NCBI GenBank assembly: GCA_027083915.1
Contig: JALWML010000060.1
Span: 1 to 27,280, forward strand
From: Lysobacterales bacterium
GTDB lineage: Bacteria > Pseudomonadota > Gammaproteobacteria > Xanthomonadales > Marinicellaceae
Direction: 5' to 3'
DNA length: 27,280 bases
Shown: one piece after another, positions 17,624 through 25,744 of the stretch
Layout: each line of letters starts with the position of its first letter
Position numbering within the stretch: the first letter of the stretch is position 1
Translations under genes and position numbers: made by a program
Notes under the pieces: model-generated
The model's database searches: none
Told to the model about the DNA's origin: nothing
Seen by the model: the letters and a program-made list of their open reading frames with translations, nothing else

Positions 17624-18049
17624 ATGACACATAAAAAGAATATGAGAAAAGCACAAACTGGTTTTAGTTTGATTGAGATTTTAGTGGTGATGGTGATGAT
17701 GGCGACATTGATAGGTTTGGTTGCTAATGGAATCGGAAAGAGTAAAATAAAAGGACAGATTCAAGAAACAAAAATCAGAATTGGCAAACTTAAAAATAAA
17801 ATAGAAGAATATAATCTTGACTTAGGTTACTACCCAAGAAGTCTGGATGAATTACTTAATGACAATGGTGATGGTAATTGGATGGGGCCTTATATTAAAA
17901 AACGCGATTTAAAAGATGCGTGGTCCGAGTCATTTAACTATTCAAACCCAGGCCAACACGATGAAGAGTTTAGCATTGTCTCTTATGGTTACGATAAGTC
18001 ACCTGGTGGTTCGCAGTTTGATAAAGATATCAATAGCTGGGATTTATAA
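17624..18049 (+). CDS. gspG: Major pseudopilin GspG
   Basis: G|FSLIE prepilin site; WMGPY, KDAW, SYGYDKSPGG and C-terminal DKDINSW. Confidence 0.92.
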   Translation: MTHKKNMRKAQTGFSLIEILVVMVMMATLIGLVANGIGKSKIKGQIQETKIRIGKLKNKIEEYNLDLGYYPRSLDELLNDNGDGNWMGPYIKKRDLKDAWSESFNYSNPGQHDEEFSIVSYGYDKSPGGSQFDKDINSWDL

Positions 18050-18064
18050 AATTTAAAACAGCTC

Positions 18065-18529
18065 ATGCTAAAATTGTCTGCACAAAAACAAACAGGATTC
18101 ACCTTAATTGAGGTGATTGTTGTTATGGTCATGATAGCTGTGCTTGCTGGCATGGTAGCATCAGGCATGACTGATAGTTTAGGCAAAGCCAAAATTCGTG
18201 CAGTCAGCAAAAATTTAGTATCCGCCATGCGATATACGCGGGGACAAGCTATAGTTAAGCATGAACAAAAAACCATAACCTTTAATGTGGAAGACAAGAC
18301 CTACCAAGCTCCACGAAAAAAAGTTGTGCATATTCCCGATGAAATTGATATTAATGTTTATACCGCAGATTCGGAAGTTGCTGATGAAACCACGGGTTCT
18401 ATTCGTTTTTTTTCAGATGGAAGTTCCACAGGTGGTTGGGTAAAGTTGACCCACAAGAATAAGATTTGGAAAATAAATGTCAACTGGTTGACTGGCGAAA
18501 TAGCCATGATTGAAGGGTCCAGTACATGA
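18065..18529 (+). CDS. gspH: Minor pseudopilin GspH
   Basis: G|FTLIE; IRFFSDGSSTGG motif; position after gspG. Confidence 0.88.
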   Translation: MLKLSAQKQTGFTLIEVIVVMVMIAVLAGMVASGMTDSLGKAKIRAVSKNLVSAMRYTRGQAIVKHEQKTITFNVEDKTYQAPRKKVVHIPDEIDINVYTADSEVADETTGSIRFFSDGSSTGGWVKLTHKNKIWKINVNWLTGEIAMIEGSST

Positions 18530-18960
18530 AATCGAACATGAAAATCAGTACAAAACAAAATGGCTTTACCTTGCTGGAAGTTTTGATTGCTTTTACCATG
18601 TTGGCAGTGATTTTTGCGACAACAATGGAAATTATAGCAGGTTCTGCGCGTAATACGCGAAAGGCTACGGACAATACGCTTGTTGCTTTATATGCACAAA
18701 GTAAATTGGATGAGTTGGGATTGTTTGAAAAACTTGAAGAAGGCAGCAGTAGCGGCGATTTCGATGATAACACCAGTTGGGAATTGGATGTTGTACCCTA
18801 TGATGTGCCCTATGAAGGTAATGTTAATCAAGATTTTTCAGCTGTAGAATTAATGGAAGTAACATTAGTTGTTACTACCGAACGTGGTGGTAGGCAACGC
18901 CAAACCGAATTTAAAACCTTACGCGCTATAACGCCAGATTTTAATCAGGGGCGGAAATGA
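18526..18960 (+). CDS. gspI: Minor pseudopilin GspI
   Basis: G|FTLLEVLIAF; ATGA overlap with gspH (alternative start at the next ATG). Confidence 0.85.
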   Translation: MKSNMKISTKQNGFTLLEVLIAFTMLAVIFATTMEIIAGSARNTRKATDNTLVALYAQSKLDELGLFEKLEEGSSSGDFDDNTSWELDVVPYDVPYEGNVNQDFSAVELMEVTLVVTTERGGRQRQTEFKTLRAITPDFNQGRK

Positions 18961-19670
18961 AAAAGTTAGCAAGTAAACCAATAAATAAGCGTCAATCGGG
19001 ATTTACTTTAATAGAAATTATTGTTGTAATGACAATGTTGGCTCTTATCATGAGTATGGTATATGGTGCGATAAATACCAGTCGAAAAATGGCTTCAAAA
19101 GGAATAAAACGTATTGATGCCACAAATGAAGTGCGTGTTGTGCAAGAGTTGATTAGGCGACAAATTTCACGAATACTGCCTATGGCTTTTAAGGAAGATG
19201 ATGGTACTTTTGTTATTTTTGAAGGTGATGAACAGCATATTATGTATGTTTCCCCGATGCCAGGGTATTTAGGCAAAGGTGGGCCGCACGTGCAATTAAT
19301 TGAGATTGTTAATGCAAAAGGTGGTAAAATCCTGCAATTTTCTCATTGGCTATTAAATGATTCTTTGGAAGAGGATGCCTTTGATAGTTCTGAGCAAGAG
19401 CCTGTTGTGTTGCTTGAAAATGTTGAAGATGCATATTTCAGCTTTATGAAGTTGGATGAAGAAGGCGAACCAGGGGACTGGGAGAGTGAATGGGAAGAAG
19501 TTGAAAACACGCCGCTTATGGTTCAACTAGAGGTTGAGATGGGTGAAAAATCGTTAATGTCTTTTCCGACAATGGAAATAGCATTAATGTTAGATGCAAC
19601 GGCTACCAATAGGCGAGTTAGTAATCACTTGATATTAGGAAATAGAAATAACCAGGATGAAATCAGATGA
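18957..19670 (+). CDS. gspJ: Minor pseudopilin GspJ
   Basis: G|FTLIE, 237 aa; ATGA overlap with gspI. Confidence 0.85.
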   Translation: MKKLASKPINKRQSGFTLIEIIVVMTMLALIMSMVYGAINTSRKMASKGIKRIDATNEVRVVQELIRRQISRILPMAFKEDDGTFVIFEGDEQHIMYVSPMPGYLGKGGPHVQLIEIVNAKGGKILQFSHWLLNDSLEEDAFDSSEQEPVVLLENVEDAYFSFMKLDEEGEPGDWESEWEEVENTPLMVQLEVEMGEKSLMSFPTMEIALMLDATATNRRVSNHLILGNRNNQDEIR

Positions 19671-20545
19671 GAAAGCAATCTGGAGTCGCGATAATTTTGG
19701 TTTTATGGGTAACTGTTTTACTAACAGTTATTGCCTCTAGCTTTGCCTTGTCGGCTCGCATAGAGGGTGTGCAAGCCAAGATGGTTTTTGATACCACTAA
19801 AGCCCGTTATTTGGCGGAAGCAGGCTTGCATAGAGCTGTTTATGAGTTGCGAAACCCAGACCCGGATTCACGTTGGATGGCTGATGGTCGTAGCTATGAA
19901 ATGGATTTTGCGGATGCTAAGATTGAGATAAAAATAACCGATGAAACAGGTAAAATAGATATAAATTTAGCCAATGAGGAACTTTTAACAGGACTGTTTG
20001 CCTCATTAGGCATGAGTGAAGATGAGGCGATGACCTTAGCTCAACGCGTGATAGATTGGCGAGATAATGACAATATCAAAGGACTTGATGGGGCTGAAGA
20101 TGATGACTATGAAGCCGAAGGGTTTGCCTACGGAGCAAAAGATGCATTATTTGATACGGTACCCGAATTACAACAAGTAATGGGGATAAGTTATGAAATG
20201 TATCGGCAGTTAGAAAAAGCCATAACCGTTTATTCTGGCAGTAGAAATATAAATATTGCCTATGCTTCAGAGCAGGCGTTAATGGCGTTAGATGGTGTTG
20301 AGCGAGAAGATGCTAGGCAATTTATTGAAGAACGTGAACAAACAGAAAGAGGCGATGCTTTACCGCTTTTACCAAATGGTCAAACGAGTACAGCTCGTGG
20401 TGGTGGAGTTGCTTTTAGTATCGTTGCAAAAGCAACGCTTAGTAACGGTCACTGGGCAGAATTAGATGCAACAATCCGTTTAGGCGGTACAGTAAATGGA
20501 CGACCTTTTCGCATAATGCGTTGGCGTGACAATGAACATATTTAA
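19667..20545 (+). CDS. gspK: Minor pseudopilin GspK
   Basis: QSG|VAIILVLWV lacking Glu5, as typical of GspK; DETGKIDIN, DWRDND, FDTVPELQQVMG. Confidence 0.92.
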   Translation: MRKQSGVAIILVLWVTVLLTVIASSFALSARIEGVQAKMVFDTTKARYLAEAGLHRAVYELRNPDPDSRWMADGRSYEMDFADAKIEIKITDETGKIDINLANEELLTGLFASLGMSEDEAMTLAQRVIDWRDNDNIKGLDGAEDDDYEAEGFAYGAKDALFDTVPELQQVMGISYEMYRQLEKAITVYSGSRNINIAYASEQALMALDGVEREDARQFIEEREQTERGDALPLLPNGQTSTARGGGVAFSIVAKATLSNGHWAELDATIRLGGTVNGRPFRIMRWRDNEHI

Positions 20546-20579
20546 GTGAAGTATACTTAGAAAAATTGTAGAATAATAA

Positions 20580-21719
20580 ATGAGTACAATAGATAAATTA
20601 CAAAATGAGTTAAGCAACTGGTATGAGACCTCATCAGTTGGTCAATTTTTGCGTTGGTGGAAATCCGAGCTCATGTCTTTTGTGCCAGAAAAATACCAGC
20701 AGCAACTCTTTCCTCAGCCCATCAATATCCTCTTGACTCAAGAGCACGATAAAGTGTTGGTATGGAAAAATACGGACGATAGCTTTATTCTAGAGTCCAG
20801 CGATGATGACGATGAAATGTGGTGGCACAAAATCCAGCACATCATAAAAGCGGCTGAAGGTCGACGTGTCAATGTGGTTTATTTATTATCAAGCAAGGAT
20901 GCATTGGTGCGTAAGATTGCTCTACCACAAGCCGCCAAAGAAAACCTTGATGAAGTGATAGGCTTTGAGTTAGATAAATATGTGCCATTTAAAGCAGAAC
21001 AAGTGCAATTGGGATACAAGATTGATCAGGATAATTCTAATGATGATAAAATTGTTTTAGATTTAGCAGTTATTCCCAAGCAAAAAGTAGCAGATGTTAT
21101 CGCATTAACAGAAGAAAAATCTATTGCAATAGATGCTTTGGATGTGGATATTGGTGAAGCCAATCGTCCTTCTACTTTGGGAGTTAATTTATTGCCCGAA
21201 GAAAACCGCAAAGAGAGGAATTATTTTAATCTCAAGCTAAATTTAGGGTTGTTATTATTGCTGTTTGTATTAACGTACTTTGTTCTGTATACCTCGGTTG
21301 CTCACAAGCAAGAAAAAGTCGAACAATTGACTAATATTAATGCCGAACTAAGCAAGCAAGCCAAAAAAGCAAAATTGTTAAGAAAAGAACTCAAATCAGT
21401 TATTGTTTCTAGTAAATTCTTAAATAACAAGAAAAAGGATAGTCCTAGTTTGGTTAATATTTTACAAGAGATGACAACTCGTTTGCCAGAGGATACCTAT
21501 ATTACTAGATTAAAAGTAAATACAGATAAACTAGAACTTACTGGACAATCAAATAATGCCAGTAGTTTAGTGCCAGAGCTTGATAAGTCAAGCAGCTGGT
21601 ATGAACCTGAGATTGTTGGAGGGGTAACTGAAGACAGGCGTACAAAGAAAGAGAAATTTACCATCAAAGCATTGTTGAAAGAACCAAAAATTGAGGATGA
21701 AAATGACAACGCTAGCTAA
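20580..21719 (+). CDS. gspL: GspL/PilN-domain assembly platform protein (XpsL type)
   Basis: 379 aa; FLRWWKSEL, FELDKYVPF, one TM, coiled coil, PilN-like C-domain. Confidence 0.85.
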   Translation: MSTIDKLQNELSNWYETSSVGQFLRWWKSELMSFVPEKYQQQLFPQPINILLTQEHDKVLVWKNTDDSFILESSDDDDEMWWHKIQHIIKAAEGRRVNVVYLLSSKDALVRKIALPQAAKENLDEVIGFELDKYVPFKAEQVQLGYKIDQDNSNDDKIVLDLAVIPKQKVADVIALTEEKSIAIDALDVDIGEANRPSTLGVNLLPEENRKERNYFNLKLNLGLLLLLFVLTYFVLYTSVAHKQEKVEQLTNINAELSKQAKKAKLLRKELKSVIVSSKFLNNKKKDSPSLVNILQEMTTRLPEDTYITRLKVNTDKLELTGQSNNASSLVPELDKSSSWYEPEIVGGVTEDRRTKKEKFTIKALLKEPKIEDENDNAS

Positions 21720-22326
21720 TAAATCAGAACTAAATCGGTGGTACGCTCTTGGGATATTGATTTTTGTCTTCGTAGTGGTCTATTTTATCTTTTTTCAGGG
21801 GTTTGTTGATGAACACAGCTTGTTAAATGAAGAAATTGACAACCTCGAGCAAGATAGGCGCGAGTATACTCAACTTGTTGAAATTATACCTGAACTACAA
21901 AGGCGCATTAATACAGTAAAGGCAAATGTTGGCGATAATACCAGTTTCTTAATTGCAGATAGTTACAATTTAGGCACACCAGAATTAACCCGAATTCTAA
22001 AAAGTATTGTTTCTGAAAATACATCTTCATCTTCAGAATGTCAAATAGTGAGTAACACACCCTATAAAGATAAAAATCCAGAGCAATTTGAAAAAATTGT
22101 CTTAAAAGTGCGTATGCGCTGTCAATACGATAAAATGTTAAATGTTTTATTGGCTTTTCAAGAACACATTCCTTATCTATTTGTTGACAACCTAAATCTT
22201 GAGCAACGCTTGATCCGAACTCGAAGAAATCAAAAACCGACGCACCCAAAGCTAGAAGTGCGTTTTGATTTAATTGCTTATTTGAATAAACCCGTTAAAA
22301 TTAAGAAAAAAAATGCTAAAAAATAA
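21703..22326 (+). CDS. gspM: Type II secretion protein GspM (XpsM type)
   Basis: Likely start ATG 21703 (GAGGA at 21693-21697; ORF track start 21691 is TTG). N-terminal TM, coiled coil, PYLFVDNLNL...LEVRFDLIAY. Confidence 0.8.
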   Translation: MTTLANKSELNRWYALGILIFVFVVVYFIFFQGFVDEHSLLNEEIDNLEQDRREYTQLVEIIPELQRRINTVKANVGDNTSFLIADSYNLGTPELTRILKSIVSENTSSSSECQIVSNTPYKDKNPEQFEKIVLKVRMRCQYDKMLNVLLAFQEHIPYLFVDNLNLEQRLIRTRRNQKPTHPKLEVRFDLIAYLNKPVKIKKKNAKK

Positions 22327-23014
22327 TTTATTTGGACAACTTTTAATCGGAATATTGATTGTTTTATTGCTGATTGCAAGCATTCAGATGCTCGGTATTG
22401 GTCGTCAGGTGAGTTCAGTTAAGTTGGATGAAACTGAACAGGTGAGTATTCCTAAGGTTCCTAATATTTTTAATCAACTAGAGCCAGAAGAGAAGATAGA
22501 TTGGAAGAAGATGGTTGACATTGCATCAACCAAGCCGATTTTTAGTACGACACGAGAGCCCTTTGTCGATGAAGTTGAAGAAGTAGCTGAAGAGCCTCCT
22601 GTTGAAATTGCAGAATTAAAAGCACAAATCACAGGCATTGTGATAACGCCAGAAAATTCTTATGCCATGATACTGGATCCAGCTACGAATAAACGAAATT
22701 CCTATAAAGTGGGTATGCCATTAGATGGAGAGTTAGGGGGTTGGACAATTACATCAATACAAAGCCGCAAAGTAACCTTTGTATCGGATGATGAAAAGAC
22801 AGAAGAATTAGAGCTTAAAGTGAGTGGTGGAACAAAGCCTGCGAAGAAATTAGCTGCACAAAAAGCAAATACACCCGTTAAAAAAGGCGAAGTTGCTAGA
22901 GCCAACAAGCCATTAAGCCGAAAAGACAAGAAAAAGAATGCGGACGATATCCGTAAAAAAATAGCAGCCCGTCGCGCACAAATGCGTGCAGAAGCTGCAA
23001 ACAAGAAAAACTAG
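22313..23014 (+). CDS. XpsN-like (GspC-equivalent) protein, no PDZ
   Basis: 233 aa; N-terminal TM, PIFSTTREP, HR-like ITGIVIT...GWTITSI, basic helical tail IRKKIAARRAQMR; between gspM and gspD as in xps clusters. Confidence 0.7.
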   Translation: MLKNNLFGQLLIGILIVLLLIASIQMLGIGRQVSSVKLDETEQVSIPKVPNIFNQLEPEEKIDWKKMVDIASTKPIFSTTREPFVDEVEEVAEEPPVEIAELKAQITGIVITPENSYAMILDPATNKRNSYKVGMPLDGELGGWTITSIQSRKVTFVSDDEKTEELELKVSGGTKPAKKLAAQKANTPVKKGEVARANKPLSRKDKKKNADDIRKKIAARRAQMRAEAANKKN

Positions 23015-23024
23015 GAGATAATTA

Positions 23025-25202
23025 GTGATTAAAAAATTAATCATCATTTGTATAACAGTAGGGTTGATGTCATGTGCATCGACACCGCTGGATCTATCTA
23101 AAGAAGTGGATGGATACGATTACCTAAAAGGCATAGAGAGCCAAAAATACTCTGGTGCAATTTTTGGTGATGAAAAATCTGACAAAGACCCCAAGAAAAA
23201 GGAACAATATGAGTTCTATCCAGGAACGGGTAAATTTATTGATGTCAAAGCAGCAAGCAAACAACAAAAGCCAGTAACAAGCAAAGGTGAAATAACTTTG
23301 AATTTTGAAGGAAACTCATTGCCCGCAGTTGTTAACTTAATTTTAGGTGATGTTTTAAAAGAAAATTACGTTATTGCACCAGGTATTTCTGGAGAAGTAA
23401 CTTTTGCGACGGTAAAACCAGTCAATAAAGATCAAGTATTACCAATTTTAGAAATGTTATTGAGCTGGAATAATGCTGCACTGGTCTATATAGAAGACCG
23501 TTATCATGTGATGCCACGAGCGGATGCCATCAAAGGAAATCTTATTCCTGCTTATGGACACATGCAAAAACGCAAAGGTTACACTGTTATGGTTGTGCCG
23601 TTAAAATATATAGCACCTACTGAAATGGAAAAGGTGTTAACGCCTTATGCAAAAGATGGTGCTATTGTCAAAGCCGATAATGCCCGAAACTTATTATTTC
23701 TCTCTGGTACAAAAAGAGAGCTGAATATGTACTTAGATACCATTAATATATTTGATGTGGATTGGTTAGAAGGCATGTCAACGGGAATTTTTACACTAAA
23801 TCGCGTAGAAGCAAGCACTATAGTTGGTGAACTCGAAGCTATATTCGGTGAAGGCGCTGACAACCCATTAGCTGGCATGTTCCGCTTTATGCCACTTGAG
23901 CGTTTAAACGCCATTATGGTTATTACCCCACAAGAAAGCTATTTGCACAAAGCACAAGAATGGATAAAACGCCTCGATCGATCAGACTCAGAAGCATCAA
24001 GTAATCTCTATGTCTACAACGTTAAAAATATCAAAGCCGATGATTTGGCAGGTTATCTTAGTGATGTGTTTGGCGGTAGTAGTAGCGGTGGAAGCTCGCG
24101 AAGTTCAAAAAAAGATAGTGCAGGAAAAGTAGCGCCTGGACTTACTGGGCGAGAAATTGGTTCAAAAACAAATAAATCAAAACCAGTTAAGAAAACAAAA
24201 AGAAATAATTCATCCAGCCAAAACAATGATGGGCCTAGTTTTACGGCAATTGAAGAAAATAACCAAATATTAATTAGTTCAAGCGCACAAGAATACGATG
24301 CTATTATGGCAGCAGTCGCTAGATTGGATATTGAGCCTAAACAAGTGCTGATTGAAGCAAAGATAATAGAAGTGACATTAACAGACAATGAGTCCTCTGG
24401 GGTTGAATGGTTATTCGGCTCTGCAAGAAATGTGACAAACACAACAAACAAAACACTTGGAATAAGAGATACTGATTCTGCTAGATTTGGTGCTGGTGGT
24501 TTAACTTATGTATTAACAGGAGTGGATGTTCAGGCGACGATATCAGCAACTGATACAAAGGGTCGTGTAGTTGTATTATCAACTCCTTCATTATTAGTGT
24601 TAAACAACAAAGAGGCTTCTATTAATGTCGGAACAAGGATTCCAGTTCCCAATAATTCCCTAAATAATGGAGGGTTAAACACATTTACTTCGATAAGATA
24701 TCTGCAAACAGGTACAAAATTAACAGTAACTCCACGAATTAATCCAGGTGGGTTGGTATATATTGAAGTTGCACAAGAAGTCAGTTTGCCAACATCTGTG
24801 GATGCGAGCGGAAATAGGGATATAAATAATCGTGAACTTACAACCGAAATAGCAGTGCAAAGTGGTGACACAATTGTTATGGGTGGGTTAATAAAAGAAG
24901 ATAGAAGCCATAGTAAGAATGGTGTGCCAAAGTTAAATAGAATTCCACTGCTTGGAGGTTTGTTTGGTTCAAGAAATCGAACGAATGAGCGAACTGAGCT
25001 GATATTATTATTAACACCAACAGTAATAGAAAACCCAGAACAAGCAAAACAATTAACCAAAGAATACATTACTCAATTTAAGGGGTTAAAACCACTTAAG
25101 ACGCACGCAAAAAAATACGAAGGTTATTACAAATACACAGGAAAGAAAAACCCAAAAGATGAAAATTATCAATATAAACAAGAGCAAAACAACAATGAAT
25201 AA
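23025..25202 (+). CDS. gspD: Type II secretion secretin GspD, lipoprotein type
   Basis: GTG start with AGGAG RBS; lipobox LMSC at Cys17; N0-N3 domains and secretin domain (QVLIEAKIIEV, GDTIVMGGLI, IPLLGGLF, RTELILLLTP). Confidence 0.95.
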   Translation: MIKKLIIICITVGLMSCASTPLDLSKEVDGYDYLKGIESQKYSGAIFGDEKSDKDPKKKEQYEFYPGTGKFIDVKAASKQQKPVTSKGEITLNFEGNSLPAVVNLILGDVLKENYVIAPGISGEVTFATVKPVNKDQVLPILEMLLSWNNAALVYIEDRYHVMPRADAIKGNLIPAYGHMQKRKGYTVMVVPLKYIAPTEMEKVLTPYAKDGAIVKADNARNLLFLSGTKRELNMYLDTINIFDVDWLEGMSTGIFTLNRVEASTIVGELEAIFGEGADNPLAGMFRFMPLERLNAIMVITPQESYLHKAQEWIKRLDRSDSEASSNLYVYNVKNIKADDLAGYLSDVFGGSSSGGSSRSSKKDSAGKVAPGLTGREIGSKTNKSKPVKKTKRNNSSSQNNDGPSFTAIEENNQILISSSAQEYDAIMAAVARLDIEPKQVLIEAKIIEVTLTDNESSGVEWLFGSARNVTNTTNKTLGIRDTDSARFGAGGLTYVLTGVDVQATISATDTKGRVVVLSTPSLLVLNNKEASINVGTRIPVPNNSLNNGGLNTFTSIRYLQTGTKLTVTPRINPGGLVYIEVAQEVSLPTSVDASGNRDINNRELTTEIAVQSGDTIVMGGLIKEDRSHSKNGVPKLNRIPLLGGLFGSRNRTNERTELILLLTPTVIENPEQAKQLTKEYITQFKGLKPLKTHAKKYEGYYKYTGKKNPKDENYQYKQEQNNNE

Positions 25203-25611
25203 AGTAAAAATAGCGTTTTTAATCGTAGCAGTATCGTTAATGATGACGGCCTGCGAAGACCAAGAAAAAAATAAATTAGATAATCGCGTCAGGGATAGTT
25301 GGAAAAACAAAATAGAAAAAAACTATAAAGAAGCCTATAAATTCTTAAGTCCAGGCTGGAGAACAACTGAAAATGAAAATGCATTTGTCCAGAGAATGAA
25401 TATGGCAAAAATTAAATGGCTTAATGCAAAAATTAAAAATAAAATATGCACACAAAAGGATGTCTGTGAAGTAGAATTATTAATTGATTACGAATATCAA
25501 TTTAAAGGGTCTTTTGCCGATAAGCTTGCGGTGACGACAGCGGTAAAGGAGAATTGGATAATGAAAGATAATAAATGGTATCATGTCCCAGCTAAGACTA
25601 AATTGCGCTAA
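25195..25611 (+). CDS. Uncharacterised lipoprotein overlapping gspD
   Basis: Likely start ATG 25195 (8-nt overlap with gspD). MNKVKIAFLIVAVSLMMTAC lipobox, AYKFLSPGWR motif, Cys pair ICTQKDVC. Confidence 0.78.
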   Translation: MNKVKIAFLIVAVSLMMTACEDQEKNKLDNRVRDSWKNKIEKNYKEAYKFLSPGWRTTENENAFVQRMNMAKIKWLNAKIKNKICTQKDVCEVELLIDYEYQFKGSFADKLAVTTAVKENWIMKDNKWYHVPAKTKLR

Positions 25612-25635
25612 TTAACAAAATTTTCTTGTTAATTA
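25609..25635. repeat. 10-bp perfect inverted repeat at the end of the lipoprotein gene
   Basis: TAATTAACAA-aattttc-TTGTTAATTA; AT-rich; overlaps the putative -35. Confidence 0.6.
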
Positions 25636-25654
25636 AAAGATTTTATCGTAATAT
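25626..25654 (+). promoter_or_regulatory. Sigma70-like promoter for the surface protein gene
   Basis: TTGTTA (25626-25631) - 17 nt - TAATAT (25649-25654). The AT-rich context lowers specificity. Confidence 0.5.
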
Positions 25655-25672
25655 TCATCCCAAGGCTATCTG

Positions 25673-25696
25673 CTTTTAATGGATTTCCATTAAAAG
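25673..25696. repeat. 11-bp perfect inverted repeat in the leader of the surface protein gene
   Basis: CTTTTAATGGA-tt-TCCATTAAAAG. Confidence 0.7.
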
Positions 25697-25744
25697 AGTA
25701 TGTGGCCCTGTATATATATAATTAACTTTTAGGAGTTCTAAAAA

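Noticed and set aside
24071-24230. Gly/Ser- and Lys-rich low-complexity insert in GspD
   Set aside because: Flexible N3-domain inserts are ordinary in secretins.
14652-25202. No prepilin peptidase (gspO) or PDZ-type gspC in the T2SS cluster
   Set aside because: Expected for xps-type clusters, which share PilD and use XpsN; not evidence of decay.
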